From Myxococcota bacterium (GTDB taxonomy: Bacteria > Myxococcota_A > UBA9160 > SZUA-336), in NCBI GenBank assembly GCA_965247115.1, contig CBDFGR010000002.1, positions 1,088,001-1,152,000 on the forward strand: a stretch of 64,000 nucleotides of DNA, in the 5' to 3' direction. The notes below the pieces were generated by a model that saw only the letters and a list, made by a program, of their open reading frames with translations, was not told where the DNA came from and ran no database searches. Shown here piece by piece: positions 9,601 through 17,581 of this stretch. The position numbers and the translations under genes are program-made. Position 1 is the first letter of the stretch. Each line of letters begins with the position of its first letter.

Positions 9601-11166
9601 TGTATACGTATCCATATCCGTATCCGAGCTCACCGTCAGGTCGTCGTCACTCCCATGGTCCGAGGTCGCCTCGACCGTGACATCGTACAGTGGCTTGGTG
9701 CCAAGCCTCACCGTGTAGGTCGCCGAGCCGCCTTCCGGCACCGACAGTGTCGTCGGCGAGACCGTCACCCCGATCGAGTCGTTGTCGTCCTCTATTGCCC
9801 TGACGCGGGGGGCCCCAATGCCGTCATAGGGGCTGTCGACGGAGCTGGTCACAGAATGCGAAAAGAAGCCATTGCCATCGCTCCCGTCCTCGTCCTCGGC
9901 CGCTGAGATTCTTACCGTCTGCGGCTCCGACCAGTCCGAGTCCGTGAAGGTCAACGTTACCGGGTCTGCCGTCAGATGCGGGTCGGAGTTTTCCATTGCC
10001 ATCACCGTGATCGTGACATTTTCCCCCGGCCGGGTGTCGAGCACCACCGTGTATTGCGCCGAGCCGCCCTCTCGCACCGTCAGTATCTGCGGCAAGATCC
10101 TCACCGTGGGGACCGGCTCCACCACCGGAAAGACGATCATCACGTTGGCGGTGTTGCCGAAGTCGTCGGTGACCGTCACGGTCGCCGTATGCGTGCTGTT
10201 GTTGATTTCCGCCGGGGCGCCGGTGATGAAACCCCCCTCCTGAGTTACCGCCAGTGGCAGCGGCAGAGAGTCGCTCTCGTAGAAAAAGATATCCGTATCG
10301 TCAGTGGTCGGACTCATCGTAGAGATCGGTTTGCCCACAAACAGACGCGATGGCGCCGTGTAACTCACCATTGGCGCCACCAAATCCACCGGCAGCGTCC
10401 GCGTAACCGTCTTATCCTCATAACCGCTCAAGGTTGCCTCCACCTCAAGCGACAGGCTCGTTCCGGTAATGTAGCTCTCATTGCTTTCCACAGTCACCGA
10501 CCACCGCGCGGTCGTCTCCCCGCCCGGGATCGCGGAGGTCGTGTTCCACGTCTGCGTGCCGAGGGTCACCTTGACAGCAACGCCGTCGATTATGTCGGTC
10601 TGCCCGCTGATGGTGAAGCCGCTCTTCTTCTCCTCAATATTGATCTTGTCGTCGCCCGCGATGTCGTCGTCCACGCTCAGCGGCAGCGTCAAATTCACGT
10701 CAAAGTTTGCTGTACCCGTCTCGTTTCCCCCGACGAAATTAGCCTCCACGGTTACGGTCTGGCCATTTCCGTCAGTAATGTAGTCCTGATCGGGCGGCAC
10801 GGTCACCGACCACTCCCCGTCGCTGTCCGATGTCTCGTTCAGCGATCCCGTGCCGATGGTCACCGTGACAGGTATGCCGGCTGCATCCATTTCAACTCCA
10901 CCTACAACCTGTTTAGTGGTGCCAGCGATGACGAACCCGGCCCACTTCTCCGAGGCGTCGACCTCGCCATCGGTCGCAATCGAGGTAATGGCCACTGTTT
11001 GCTGCGCGAAGGCCGCGGTCGGACAGGCCAGCCAGACCAAACAGGCAACGACGGCGAAAACGCCTGCACGCCCCCAGCCGCCACGGCGGTGCTTGGGGGG
11101 ATCCCAACCTTCCGGGATCTGTGCCGCCCATTCAGGCAGTTCATCACTGCGCGCGAAGTAACTCAT
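6670..11166 (-). CDS. Large repetitive surface protein (Ig-like/Calx-beta-like repeats) with autotransporter-like C-terminal beta-barrel
   Basis: Signal peptide ending AAFA-Q; acidic Thr/Val-rich repeats (LTVREGGSA.YTV.L.T.P..TLTFT.S.W...QTV..SAAED); Gly-rich linker; amphipathic beta-strand C-domain ending in Phe. Confidence 0.8.
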   Translation of the reverse strand: MSYFARSDELPEWAAQIPEGWDPPKHRRGGWGRAGVFAVVACLVWLACPTAAFAQQTVAITSIATDGEVDASEKWAGFVIAGTTKQVVGGVEMDAAGIPVTVTIGTGSLNETSDSDGEWSVTVPPDQDYITDGNGQTVTVEANFVGGNETGTANFDVNLTLPLSVDDDIAGDDKINIEEKKSGFTISGQTDIIDGVAVKVTLGTQTWNTTSAIPGGETTARWSVTVESNESYITGTSLSLEVEATLSGYEDKTVTRTLPVDLVAPMVSYTAPSRLFVGKPISTMSPTTDDTDIFFYESDSLPLPLAVTQEGGFITGAPAEINNSTHTATVTVTDDFGNTANVMIVFPVVEPVPTVRILPQILTVREGGSAQYTVVLDTRPGENVTITVMAMENSDPHLTADPVTLTFTDSDWSEPQTVRISAAEDEDGSDGNGFFSHSVTSSVDSPYDGIGAPRVRAIEDDNDSIGVTVSPTTLSVPEGGSATYTVRLGTKPLYDVTVEATSDHGSDDDLTVSSDTDMDTYTDSVTLTFTNSNWNAEQTVTVSAAEDDADEVDGVAIFSHSTASNDEDYYPIDVDPVTATEADNEKVVTVAIQTDVSAPVDGAFEVTITFSEPVTGFERSEIAVTNGSVTDFSGSGTTYKAEITPSKNGEVIVEVGANVVEYGVGNGNQAAELLVIEAELDLLVSYQEESYTAREGGEMVAVTVKLSQGWDEELAIPIRVTRPEATEVADYTLDGLEEWDAQEGTGRLTFPAEETEQTFTIEANHDGDEDDETVELGFGELPEIVMAGQPAVATVVLKDKGLVELKVSFRKAEYEIGEGEQADIEVKVAPTADRRVEVPLVVAPKGGATDEDYSGVPAKVVFEEGASEGTISVEVLADEVNDPGEGIVLSFGELPEAVSGGEISQTTVNFRQQRTAEQFSQTLEAALAVMARSMGESAQTVIQGRFERYRQWSRLRAAGAAQPGSDNGAAAASPGESQRIGSESLEGSGRRRAEGPVVQSAGGEAGATATMGSSGESGDRESGMQGAWLQNASLGGLTGLFGHGQGDAGVSTGSGMGPSGTGPTVGLGGQPGYGQDRFQGSGTRNSSLRSGSGEYSGRRNRELNLAGVSFELPLAGQQKGTSRSWVPALWGQGDLQRFNGNLTRYEMSYRGGLEAAHVGLDLYANDEVLAGLSFMRSWGNMDYSDDGIDGTLGSRMNTFHPYLYWQPTERVSVWGMGGLGRGRVDVNEPGRSHNFEADFRMFSGGVRAVLWKRGSNEMGLRADAFTAQLGTEVSEDIAKVRGEAHRARLMLEWVHTKQLSAGRSLSLKVEAGGRFDGGDAERGSGAETGFRLGYLDANSGLDVAILGRVLVVHKSDYRDWGVGVQASWDPGEKQRGFRASVTSTRGQDGGGRTTLWNNANTVTRPPGMGAMGMGSQSRMESEVAYGGLRVLGLPGALTPYSRLRWTGYGRELAMGTQWSLPLRSQLALPLMLELEVMRRKNRTGPADLAVLGRMSITF

Positions 11167-11867
11167 GACAGTGGCGTCGGCCAGACCGTCACCCCGGCTT
11201 GGGTTCTGAGCTCCGGCGTGGCGTTCACGCTGGATGGCTCACTGATGTCCAGAGTGCCTTGCACCGCCACCACCGTGAAGGTGTATCCAGTGCCGTTGGT
11301 CAACCCTAGAATGGTAGTGGTCGTCTTCAGCCCCACCGTGGCCGAGATCAGCGAAGACTCAACGAACGTGTTGGGGCTGGTGACCTCAGTGTCGACCCGG
11401 TAAGTGGCAACCTCGGGATTCGTGTCCCACTCCAAGTCGACCCGGCTGAAGTTCGAGTAAGGCTTCAAATTGGTCGGCGCGGCAAACAGCGGCGTGAAGG
11501 TCTCTTCGGCTGGAGGGCTCTCTGTGTTAACGTTCACCGCACGCAACTGGAATTTGTATGTGATGCCGTAGGTCAGGCCGGTAAGGAGGAACGAGGTGGT
11601 GTTCGCGTCGCTACCGGGTATTACGGTCCAGTCCGGCTCCCACATGGCGCCGTCGTTGGTGGAGAGGCGGTATTGGTAATGCGTGATCTCGTTCTCTTCG
11701 GGCGCGAGGTTCCAGGTGAACGTTCTCGAGGCGCCCGAGTCCGCGTCGCCGTCGGTGGAGTCGAGGTTCGTGGGCGGGCCGAGCTGAACCAGTGCGATCC
11801 CGGGGAGCAGCACCAGGGTGGCGGAGAACGCCACGCTCGTCACCAATCGACTACAGCTTGAGGACAT
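11163..11867 (-). CDS. Secreted fibronectin type III repeat protein (two FN3 domains), probably truncated
   Basis: PPTNL..FTW..ITHYQYR..LTGLTYGITYKFQLRAVN; APTNL..LEW..GLTNGTGYTFTVVAV; ends at the start of a repeat unit (GVTVWPTPLS*). Confidence 0.75.
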   Translation of the reverse strand: MSSSCSRLVTSVAFSATLVLLPGIALVQLGPPTNLDSTDGDADSGASRTFTWNLAPEENEITHYQYRLSTNDGAMWEPDWTVIPGSDANTTSFLLTGLTYGITYKFQLRAVNVNTESPPAEETFTPLFAAPTNLKPYSNFSRVDLEWDTNPEVATYRVDTEVTSPNTFVESSLISATVGLKTTTTILGLTNGTGYTFTVVAVQGTLDISEPSSVNATPELRTQAGVTVWPTPLS

Positions 11868-12044
11868 TGATCAAATCTGGAGAGGGCTTTCGAGTTCGTG
11901 AAGGCAAACAGGGCCGTTCATTGAGGGGCTGCGATCTGCTGGTGTTCCCCCCGGGGAGTATTGTGCATCATTCGGGACTCCCTGTTCTCAGTTTCATTTT
12001 GCTCGGTGGGCTACCATCGGAGATCATCGTCGGCGGCCTTCACC

Positions 12045-12472
12045 TGTAGGCCGTGAGCCGAGTTTGGACAGATGGGGTCGATGATCTAAGAGAGGGTTCC
12101 GGGCTCGCTGGAGCAAGGAGTTTCTGGAGGCGGGCAAGAAGCGCCTGCTGGGAGATACGCAGCGAGAGGCGAGCTCGAGTGAGGTCCACGATCTGCGCAA
12201 GGAGAACGCCCGGCTCAAGGAGCGGGTGGCCGAGACGGTAATCGAGAACCGTCTGCTCAAAAAAAGCGGGACGGGCTCCGATTTGCCCGAGGACGAGGCG
12301 TGAGGGGGAGCGCCTCGGAGAAGCTCGAGCGGATCCGCCTGGTGGAGGGCTCTTCGCTTTCGATCCGGCGCACGCTGACCGAGATCGGGCTGCCGCACTC
12401 GACGTTTTCCGCCTGGTACAAGCGCTACCTGGAAGGCGGACCGGAGGCGCTCGAAGACCGCAAGCCACGCCT
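12045..12472 (+). mobile_element. IS3-family fragment, copy 2 (left end, partial orfA, 5' part of orfB; no DDE domain)
   Basis: Same TGTAGG end and orfA piece as 6285-6509; orfA stops at 12303; orfB from 12300 reads MRGSASEKLERIRLVEGSSLSIRRTL.EIGLP.STF.AWY.RY.EGG.EALEDRKP, then similarity ends. Confidence 0.8.
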
Positions 12473-12730
12473 CTGGAGTTCGAAGCGCGACTTCCAGTTC
12501 ATCGCCGGTCTCCCCCGCGAGGCCCAAATCGTTAGAATGGCGACCCTGAAACGTCGTGGCAGCGGAGCGGCTGACCCCTCGCAGTTCCACGGCTGGCCGC
12601 TCTCAGCTGCAGCATGGCGGCTGGCGAAAGTAGTGTGACGTATGTGTGCCAGTCGGTCGGGCGAAGGTGCGGAATGCTCGGCCCCAAACCCACACATTCG
12701 CGGCCGTTCTAAGGTGCTGATCGGATTGTG

Positions 12731-12773
12731 GTGGTTCCGGAAGTCGGGGGTTCAAATCCCCTCGCCCACCCCA
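12731..12773 (+). other. 3' fragment of tRNA-His (GUG), probable attR of an integrative element
   Basis: GTGGT-TCCGG-AAGTC-GGGGG TTCAAAT CCCCT-CGCCCAC-C-CCA: anticodon GTG, T-arm, C73 discriminator and CCA. No 5' acceptor strand or D-arm upstream. Confidence 0.8.
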
Positions 12774-12798
12774 GCATCCCCTGCGTCTCCTTGTCGAG

Positions 12799-13332
12799 CT
12801 ACCGGATTTCGAGCGACTCGAACTCCTGATCTCTCATGCTCACGTGGACAGGCGGGAGTGGCCAGTCGATTCCAAAAGCCGGGGACGCGTAGTGGTAGCC
12901 ATGGGACGCCTCGGGAACGTAGGGAGTGGACATGTGGTAGAGGACCTCGCTCTCCGGCTTCAGGGTCTGAAAGCCGTGAGCGAATCCCCGTGGGATGTAC
13001 AACTGCCGGCGATTTTCCGCAGACAACTCGGTAGCATACGACTGGAAACGCGTACTTGAGCCCGCGCGCAGATCCACGATCACATCAAAAATCCGACCCT
13101 GTGTACAGCGAACCAACCGCGCCTCTTCGTAGGGGGCACTCTGAAAGTGCATTCCCCGGAGCGTTCCGCGCTCTCGGTTGAACGAGATGCTGCTCTGCAC
13201 GACTGCCGGCTCGAGTCCGTTCTTCACGAATTCCTCGGCGCAGAAGGTTCTCGCAAGGAAGCCTCGCTCATCGGTGTGCGCCTCAACCTCGAGCACGAAG
13301 GCCCCCGACAGCGAGGTCTGTTCGAACCGCAT
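12799..13332 (-). CDS. rfbC: NDP-4-keto-6-deoxyhexose 3,5-epimerase (RmlC/RfbC family)
   Basis: DERGFLAR, GTLRGMHFQ, DVIVDLR.GS.T, LYIPRGFAHGFQTL. Confidence 0.9.
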   Translation of the reverse strand: MRFEQTSLSGAFVLEVEAHTDERGFLARTFCAEEFVKNGLEPAVVQSSISFNRERGTLRGMHFQSAPYEEARLVRCTQGRIFDVIVDLRAGSSTRFQSYATELSAENRRQLYIPRGFAHGFQTLKPESEVLYHMSTPYVPEASHGYHYASPAFGIDWPLPPVHVSMRDQEFESLEIR

Positions 13333-13403
13333 CGATCCTCCCGGCTTGACGCCGATCTGCCGGGTGAATCATAACGTCTACTCGACTACTTGAGAGGAGC
13401 TGC

Positions 13404-14174
13404 ATGAAGGTCGTTGTACTTGCAGGAGGGCTGGGGACTCGGCTGTCGGAGGAGACGGGACGCCGCCCCAAGCCCTTGGTGGAGATCGGCGGCCGTCCCT
13501 TGCTCTGGCACCTGCTGAACTACTACGCCAGCTTCGGGCATGACGAGTTCTGTGTCGCCCTCGGCTACAAGGGCTGGATGATCAAGGAGTACTTCCTGAA
13601 TTACGCACTCTTGGCTGCGCCCGAGCTCAGCGTCGAGCTGGGATCAAAGAAGGTTTCGACACGGGGAGGGCACGGCGAGGACTGGAAGGTGCACCTGATC
13701 GACACAGGCGAAGAGACGATGACCGGTGGACGCTTGCGACGCCTGCGCTCGCGGCTCGAAGGCGAGACTTTCATGCTCACATACGGTGATGGCCTCTCAA
13801 ACGTAGACCTGGACGCGCTCCTTGAGTTTCACCGCTCACACGGGAAGCTCGCCACGGTCACGGCCGTTCGTCCGCCCGCCCGTTTCGGGGATCTCCTGAT
13901 CGACGGCGATCGAGTAGTGGAATTTGTCGAAAAGCCCACCGCGGGGGAGGGTTGGATCAACGGGGGCTTCTTCGTCTTCGAGCCACCGGTCATCGACTAC
14001 GTCGAGGGCGACGGCACTTCTCTGGAACAGGAGCCATTGAGGGCCCTTGCCCGCGACGGACAGCTCCATGCTTACCATCATCCCGGCTTCTGGCAGTGTG
14101 TTGACACGCTACGCGAGCTGCGCATCCTCGAGCAGCTCTGGGAGAAGGGCTCTCCCCCCTGGTCGGGCCGGTGA
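13404..14174 (+). CDS. rfbF: Glucose-1-phosphate cytidylyltransferase
   Basis: LAGGLGTRLSEET..RPKPLVEIG, DTGEETMTGGRL, TYGDGLS, INGGFFV, GFWQCVDTLRE. Confidence 0.95.
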   Translation: MKVVVLAGGLGTRLSEETGRRPKPLVEIGGRPLLWHLLNYYASFGHDEFCVALGYKGWMIKEYFLNYALLAAPELSVELGSKKVSTRGGHGEDWKVHLIDTGEETMTGGRLRRLRSRLEGETFMLTYGDGLSNVDLDALLEFHRSHGKLATVTAVRPPARFGDLLIDGDRVVEFVEKPTAGEGWINGGFFVFEPPVIDYVEGDGTSLEQEPLRALARDGQLHAYHHPGFWQCVDTLRELRILEQLWEKGSPPWSGR

Positions 14175-14418
14175 ACTCGGACGAAAGGAGCGTTCTCGCC
14201 ACCGGGGCGACCGGCATGGTCGAGTCGTGGCTTTGCTAGTCCGAGGTGAGGACTTCAACTTCAGGCTCGTGTCGCGGTCAACAGAGATCGTGGATCAGAT
14301 CTCCTACGCGATGAAGCGCGATCTCCAGCCTGTGGTGCTCGATCAAGCGAAGCTCGAGCTCCGTAGTCAGTCGCTCAGCTCGGCCAAGGCCCCCTGGTAC
14401 CGGAACTACCTGACGTGA
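14171..14418 (+). pseudogene. rfbG: Deleted remnant of an RfbG-like NDP-glucose 4,6-dehydratase
   Basis: Frame 1 VLATGATGMVESWLC* (Rossmann N-terminus); other frame GEDFNF..EIVDQI..DLQPVVLDQAK.ELRSQSLSSAKA-WYRNYL* (C-terminus); lies between rfbF and the methyltransferase. Confidence 0.75.
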
Positions 14419-15644
14419 ATCCCATCGAGATCTGCCGCTCCTGCGGCTCCCCCGATCTAGAGATAGTGCTGGCGCTCGGTCCGATGCCTTTGGCCAACGC
14501 GCTTCTTCCACCAGATCAACTCGACAGCCCCGAGCCCCGACCCGCATTGACCTTCGCGATCTGCTCCCGGTGCTCGCTCGCGCAGATCCTGGAGAACGTC
14601 TCCCCCGAGGAGTTGTTCTCCAACTATGTCTACTTCTCGAGCTACTCGGACACCATGCGGAAGCATGCGAAGGACAGCGCCGACGAGCTGATCGCTTCCC
14701 GTCGGCTCGGCTCCCGGAGCCTGGTCATCGAGGTCGCGAGCAACGATGGGTACCAACTCAGGCACTTCAAACAGGCGGGGGTGCCCGTGCTTGGCATCGA
14801 GCCCGCCAGGAACGTTGCAGAGGTGGCCGTTGGGAATGGAATCCCGACCCGAGTCGAGTTCTTCGGCGACGTCCTCGCAGGTGAGTTGGTGAAAGAAGGG
14901 ATCCGCGCCGACGTGCTGCTCGCCTACAACGTGCTCGCCCACGTGCCCGACCTGAACGGCTTCGTCTCCGGAATCCAGCGCGTGCTCAAGCCTGATGGTG
15001 TCGCCGTGATCGAGGTGCCCGACGTCAGCAACCTGCTCGGGAGCTGTGAATTCGACACGATCTACCACGAGCACATGTGCTACTTCTCATTGACTGCACT
15101 CGGTCCGCTCTTTGCCCGTCACGACCTCGAGGTCTACCGTGTGGACCAGATCCCCCTGCACGGAGGATCATTGCGCTTCTACTCGGCGAACAAGGGACGC
15201 AAGAGTCCGGAGAGCAGCGTGGCGCGCGTCCTCGCGTCGGAGTCGACGGCGGGGCTCGCGGACCTGAGCGCGTACACAGGCTTCGCAAAGCGCGTGGAGA
15301 CCCTTCGAGTCGAGCTCGTCGGCCAGATCGATGCTCTCATCGCTGAGGGAAAGACGCTTGCGGCCTACGGAGCGGCCGCCAAGGGCGCGACTCTGCTCAA
15401 TTACTTCGGCCTCGACTCTGGACGGATCGCATTCGCAGCAGACCGGAGCCCTCACAAACAGGGACTCTACATGCCCGGTGTTCAAATCCCGATCATCGCT
15501 GCAGAGGAGCTCGCCAAAAGGCGTCCCGACTACTGCTTGCTCCTGGCGTGGAACTTCGCAGAGGAAATTCTGGAGCAGCAAGCCTCATACAGGGCAGCTG
15601 GAGGTCGCTTCATCATTCCGCTTCCCCAGCTGCGGGTCGTCTAG
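14415..15644 (+). CDS. NDP-hexose C-methyltransferase (Zn-binding, class I SAM)
   Basis: CRSCG..LGPMPLAN..CSRCSLAQ, EVASNDG, FDTIYHEH, HGGSLR, YGAAAKG, LLAWNF. Confidence 0.92.
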   Translation: MNPIEICRSCGSPDLEIVLALGPMPLANALLPPDQLDSPEPRPALTFAICSRCSLAQILENVSPEELFSNYVYFSSYSDTMRKHAKDSADELIASRRLGSRSLVIEVASNDGYQLRHFKQAGVPVLGIEPARNVAEVAVGNGIPTRVEFFGDVLAGELVKEGIRADVLLAYNVLAHVPDLNGFVSGIQRVLKPDGVAVIEVPDVSNLLGSCEFDTIYHEHMCYFSLTALGPLFARHDLEVYRVDQIPLHGGSLRFYSANKGRKSPESSVARVLASESTAGLADLSAYTGFAKRVETLRVELVGQIDALIAEGKTLAAYGAAAKGATLLNYFGLDSGRIAFAADRSPHKQGLYMPGVQIPIIAAEELAKRRPDYCLLLAWNFAEEILEQQASYRAAGGRFIIPLPQLRVV

Positions 15645-16561
15645 CTCTCGAGGCTCTTGCGGAGCCACTCGACTGTATCTGCGAGCCCCGATTCCAGGCT
15701 GTGGGAGGGCTGCCAGCCAGTGCTTCGGAGCTTGCGAGCATTGGCGACGATCATCGGTGGCTCGTTCGGGTCCGTATCGACCGCGCCGAACTCCAGGTCG
15801 CGGGGGCCCCGACCCGTGAGAGTCGCCAGGGTCTCGATGACGCGCCGCAGACGTACTGGCTCACCGGTACCAACGTTCACAGTCCCAGACAGACCCGTGT
15901 CTCCGAGCGCGACAAGGGCTGAAGCGCAGTCGGCTACGTGGACGAAGTCCCGGATCTGGTTGCCGTGGGAGCACCGGGCGCGCTCGCCACGGAGCAGAGC
16001 GAGCACGACGGAGGGAATTAGGCGCGTGCGCGGCTCGCCGGGACCAAACGGAAAGAAGAACCGAGCCCAGGTGAAATTCGTGTCGACCACCTCGCCATAG
16101 GCCAAAATGGCCTCGCGGGCCGCGTTCTTCGTCGTGCCGTAGAAGCTGCTCGGCTCGGATGGCGTGCTGTCCTCACTGAGGAAGCCGTGCTGCCACGCAT
16201 ACTCCGCGCAGGTCCCCACAGCAACGACGTGCGCACAGCCGAGGTCGGCGAGGATTCGCGCCAAGTCGAGCGTCATGCTCACACAGCTCAGGTTCTCGGG
16301 CGCAGACCAAAAGCGCTGCGGCTCAACGTACCACGCCAGGTGGAACGCACGTTCCGGCCTCAGCTCGCGCAGCTGCGATTCGTACGTCTCTGGGTGCTCG
16401 AGATCAGCCTCGATCACCTTCACGCCCCCGAGGTAGTCATCCACCTTGAGCGTAGACTCTCCGGGGCGGATGATTGCAGAGACCTCCGCGCCTCTGGATA
16501 CGAGCAGCCGGCCGAGGTGAGAGCCGACGAAGCCCGTCATCCCTGTCAGGAGTATGCGCAT
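15641..16561 (-). CDS. NAD-dependent sugar epimerase/4-reductase (extended SDR)
   Basis: LTGMTGFVG, HLAW, GTCAEY, YGTTK, RDFVHV. Confidence 0.9.
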   Translation of the reverse strand: MRILLTGMTGFVGSHLGRLLVSRGAEVSAIIRPGESTLKVDDYLGGVKVIEADLEHPETYESQLRELRPERAFHLAWYVEPQRFWSAPENLSCVSMTLDLARILADLGCAHVVAVGTCAEYAWQHGFLSEDSTPSEPSSFYGTTKNAAREAILAYGEVVDTNFTWARFFFPFGPGEPRTRLIPSVVLALLRGERARCSHGNQIRDFVHVADCASALVALGDTGLSGTVNVGTGEPVRLRRVIETLATLTGRGPRDLEFGAVDTDPNEPPMIVANARKLRSTGWQPSHSLESGLADTVEWLRKSLES

Positions 16562-16564
16562 CGC

Positions 16565-17329
16565 TCATCCAACGCGACGCAGATACCCATCAGGCCAGTA
16601 GGTCACCCGCTTCTCGACATTGCCCTCGTTGAAGCGAAACGTCGGCTCCTCGCGCGCGAACTCGGGATGTCGCGAAAGGAAGTCCTGAATGGCCTCGAGT
16701 GGATTGTTCCAGCTCCAGTCCGAGGCGCTTCTCGGGGAGCCAGCGACCTGAGCCATACAACCGTCCTGAACAACGACGTACGAGCCGCTCGTAACCATTG
16801 GAGAGTAGGCGGCCAGCTCCGCCAGAACGTGCTCGCGCGTGTGCTTTGAGTCGAGGATGACGATGACCTTCTCCGCGTCCCCGACCTCGACGCGCACCCG
16901 ATCGACAACTTCGGGATCGATCGAGGAACCCTCGATCAGCGAAATCAGCGACGATAGTCTGTGCTCCTCGATCGCCCTTCGGTTGTGTGGGCGAATCTCG
17001 ACGTCGATGCCAACGACGCGGCCTCGGCCCAAGGCCTTGCAGAGCGAGGCGTAGAACACGAGCGAGCCCCCGTGAGCGACACCGGTCTCCACGATCACGT
17101 CCGGTTCTACCTCGCAGATCACCTCCTGGACGCGGAGGATATCCTCCGGCATCTGGATCAGGGGGCGTCCAAGCCAGGTGAAGCTGTAGACGTACTTGTT
17201 GTCCCAGCCCACGCGGAGCCAGGCGTCCGAGACGACCTCGAAGGCCTCGCTGGAGTCCATCGGATACGACCTGGTTCCACCCTCGCCCTCGACGGTAACC
17301 AGGCCTTTTTCGGGGTCGATGTGGATCAC
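16565..17329 (-). CDS. CmcI/cephalosporin-hydroxylase-family (sugar O-)methyltransferase
   Basis: YSFTWLGRPLIQ.P.D, PDVIVETGVAHGGSL, ILDSKHT..HVLAEL. Confidence 0.9.
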   Translation of the reverse strand: MIHIDPEKGLVTVEGEGGTRSYPMDSSEAFEVVSDAWLRVGWDNKYVYSFTWLGRPLIQMPEDILRVQEVICEVEPDVIVETGVAHGGSLVFYASLCKALGRGRVVGIDVEIRPHNRRAIEEHRLSSLISLIEGSSIDPEVVDRVRVEVGDAEKVIVILDSKHTREHVLAELAAYSPMVTSGSYVVVQDGCMAQVAGSPRSASDWSWNNPLEAIQDFLSRHPEFAREEPTFRFNEGNVEKRVTYWPDGYLRRVG

Positions 17330-17439
17330 GGACGAGCAGTATGGGCAACTCGGGCCGTTGCGTCGAGGAGCGCCGCGCGATCACCGGGAGCTGGTAAGAT
17401 CGGCGAGGTGCTCGATCGCTCCGGTTCAACGCCTCACTC

Positions 17440-17550
17440 TCGCGAAACGAAAGTAAGGTCTCGTGCTCGAGCCTTCCCCGACTTTCACTTCATGCCACTC
17501 GCGGACGGGCTAGCGGATGTGTACGCCCGGATGTCCAACGCTTACACCTA
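17440..17550 (+). pseudogene. C-terminal remnant of an extended SDR similar to 28997-29878
   Basis: RAFPDFHFMPLADGLADVY aligns with KAFPNFFPTPLPEGLARVH at the end of ORF 28997..29878; no upstream gene body. Confidence 0.5.
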
Positions 17551-17581
17551 AGGACTGGCTTCACACCTAGGGACTGGCCTC
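17544..17581. repeat. 19-bp tandem duplication
   Basis: ACACCTAAGGACTGGCTTC / ACACCTAGGGACTGGCCTC (2 mismatches) between two converging ORF ends. Confidence 0.7.

Noticed and set aside
9976..11403. Long antisense or alternate-frame ORFs (also 25841..26989, 49474..50697, 44779..45891)
   Set aside because: Shadow ORFs typical of high-GC DNA, overlapping well-supported genes and lacking recognisable motifs
12530..12552. TGGCGACCCTGA as the reverse complement of another tRNA 3' end
   Set aside because: Only about 12 nt, with no T-arm; could be chance
12690..12773. Complete tRNA-His gene
   Set aside because: No 5' acceptor strand (expected GGTGGGCG) or D-arm, and the anticodon loop has 3 extra nt; reported as an att fragment instead
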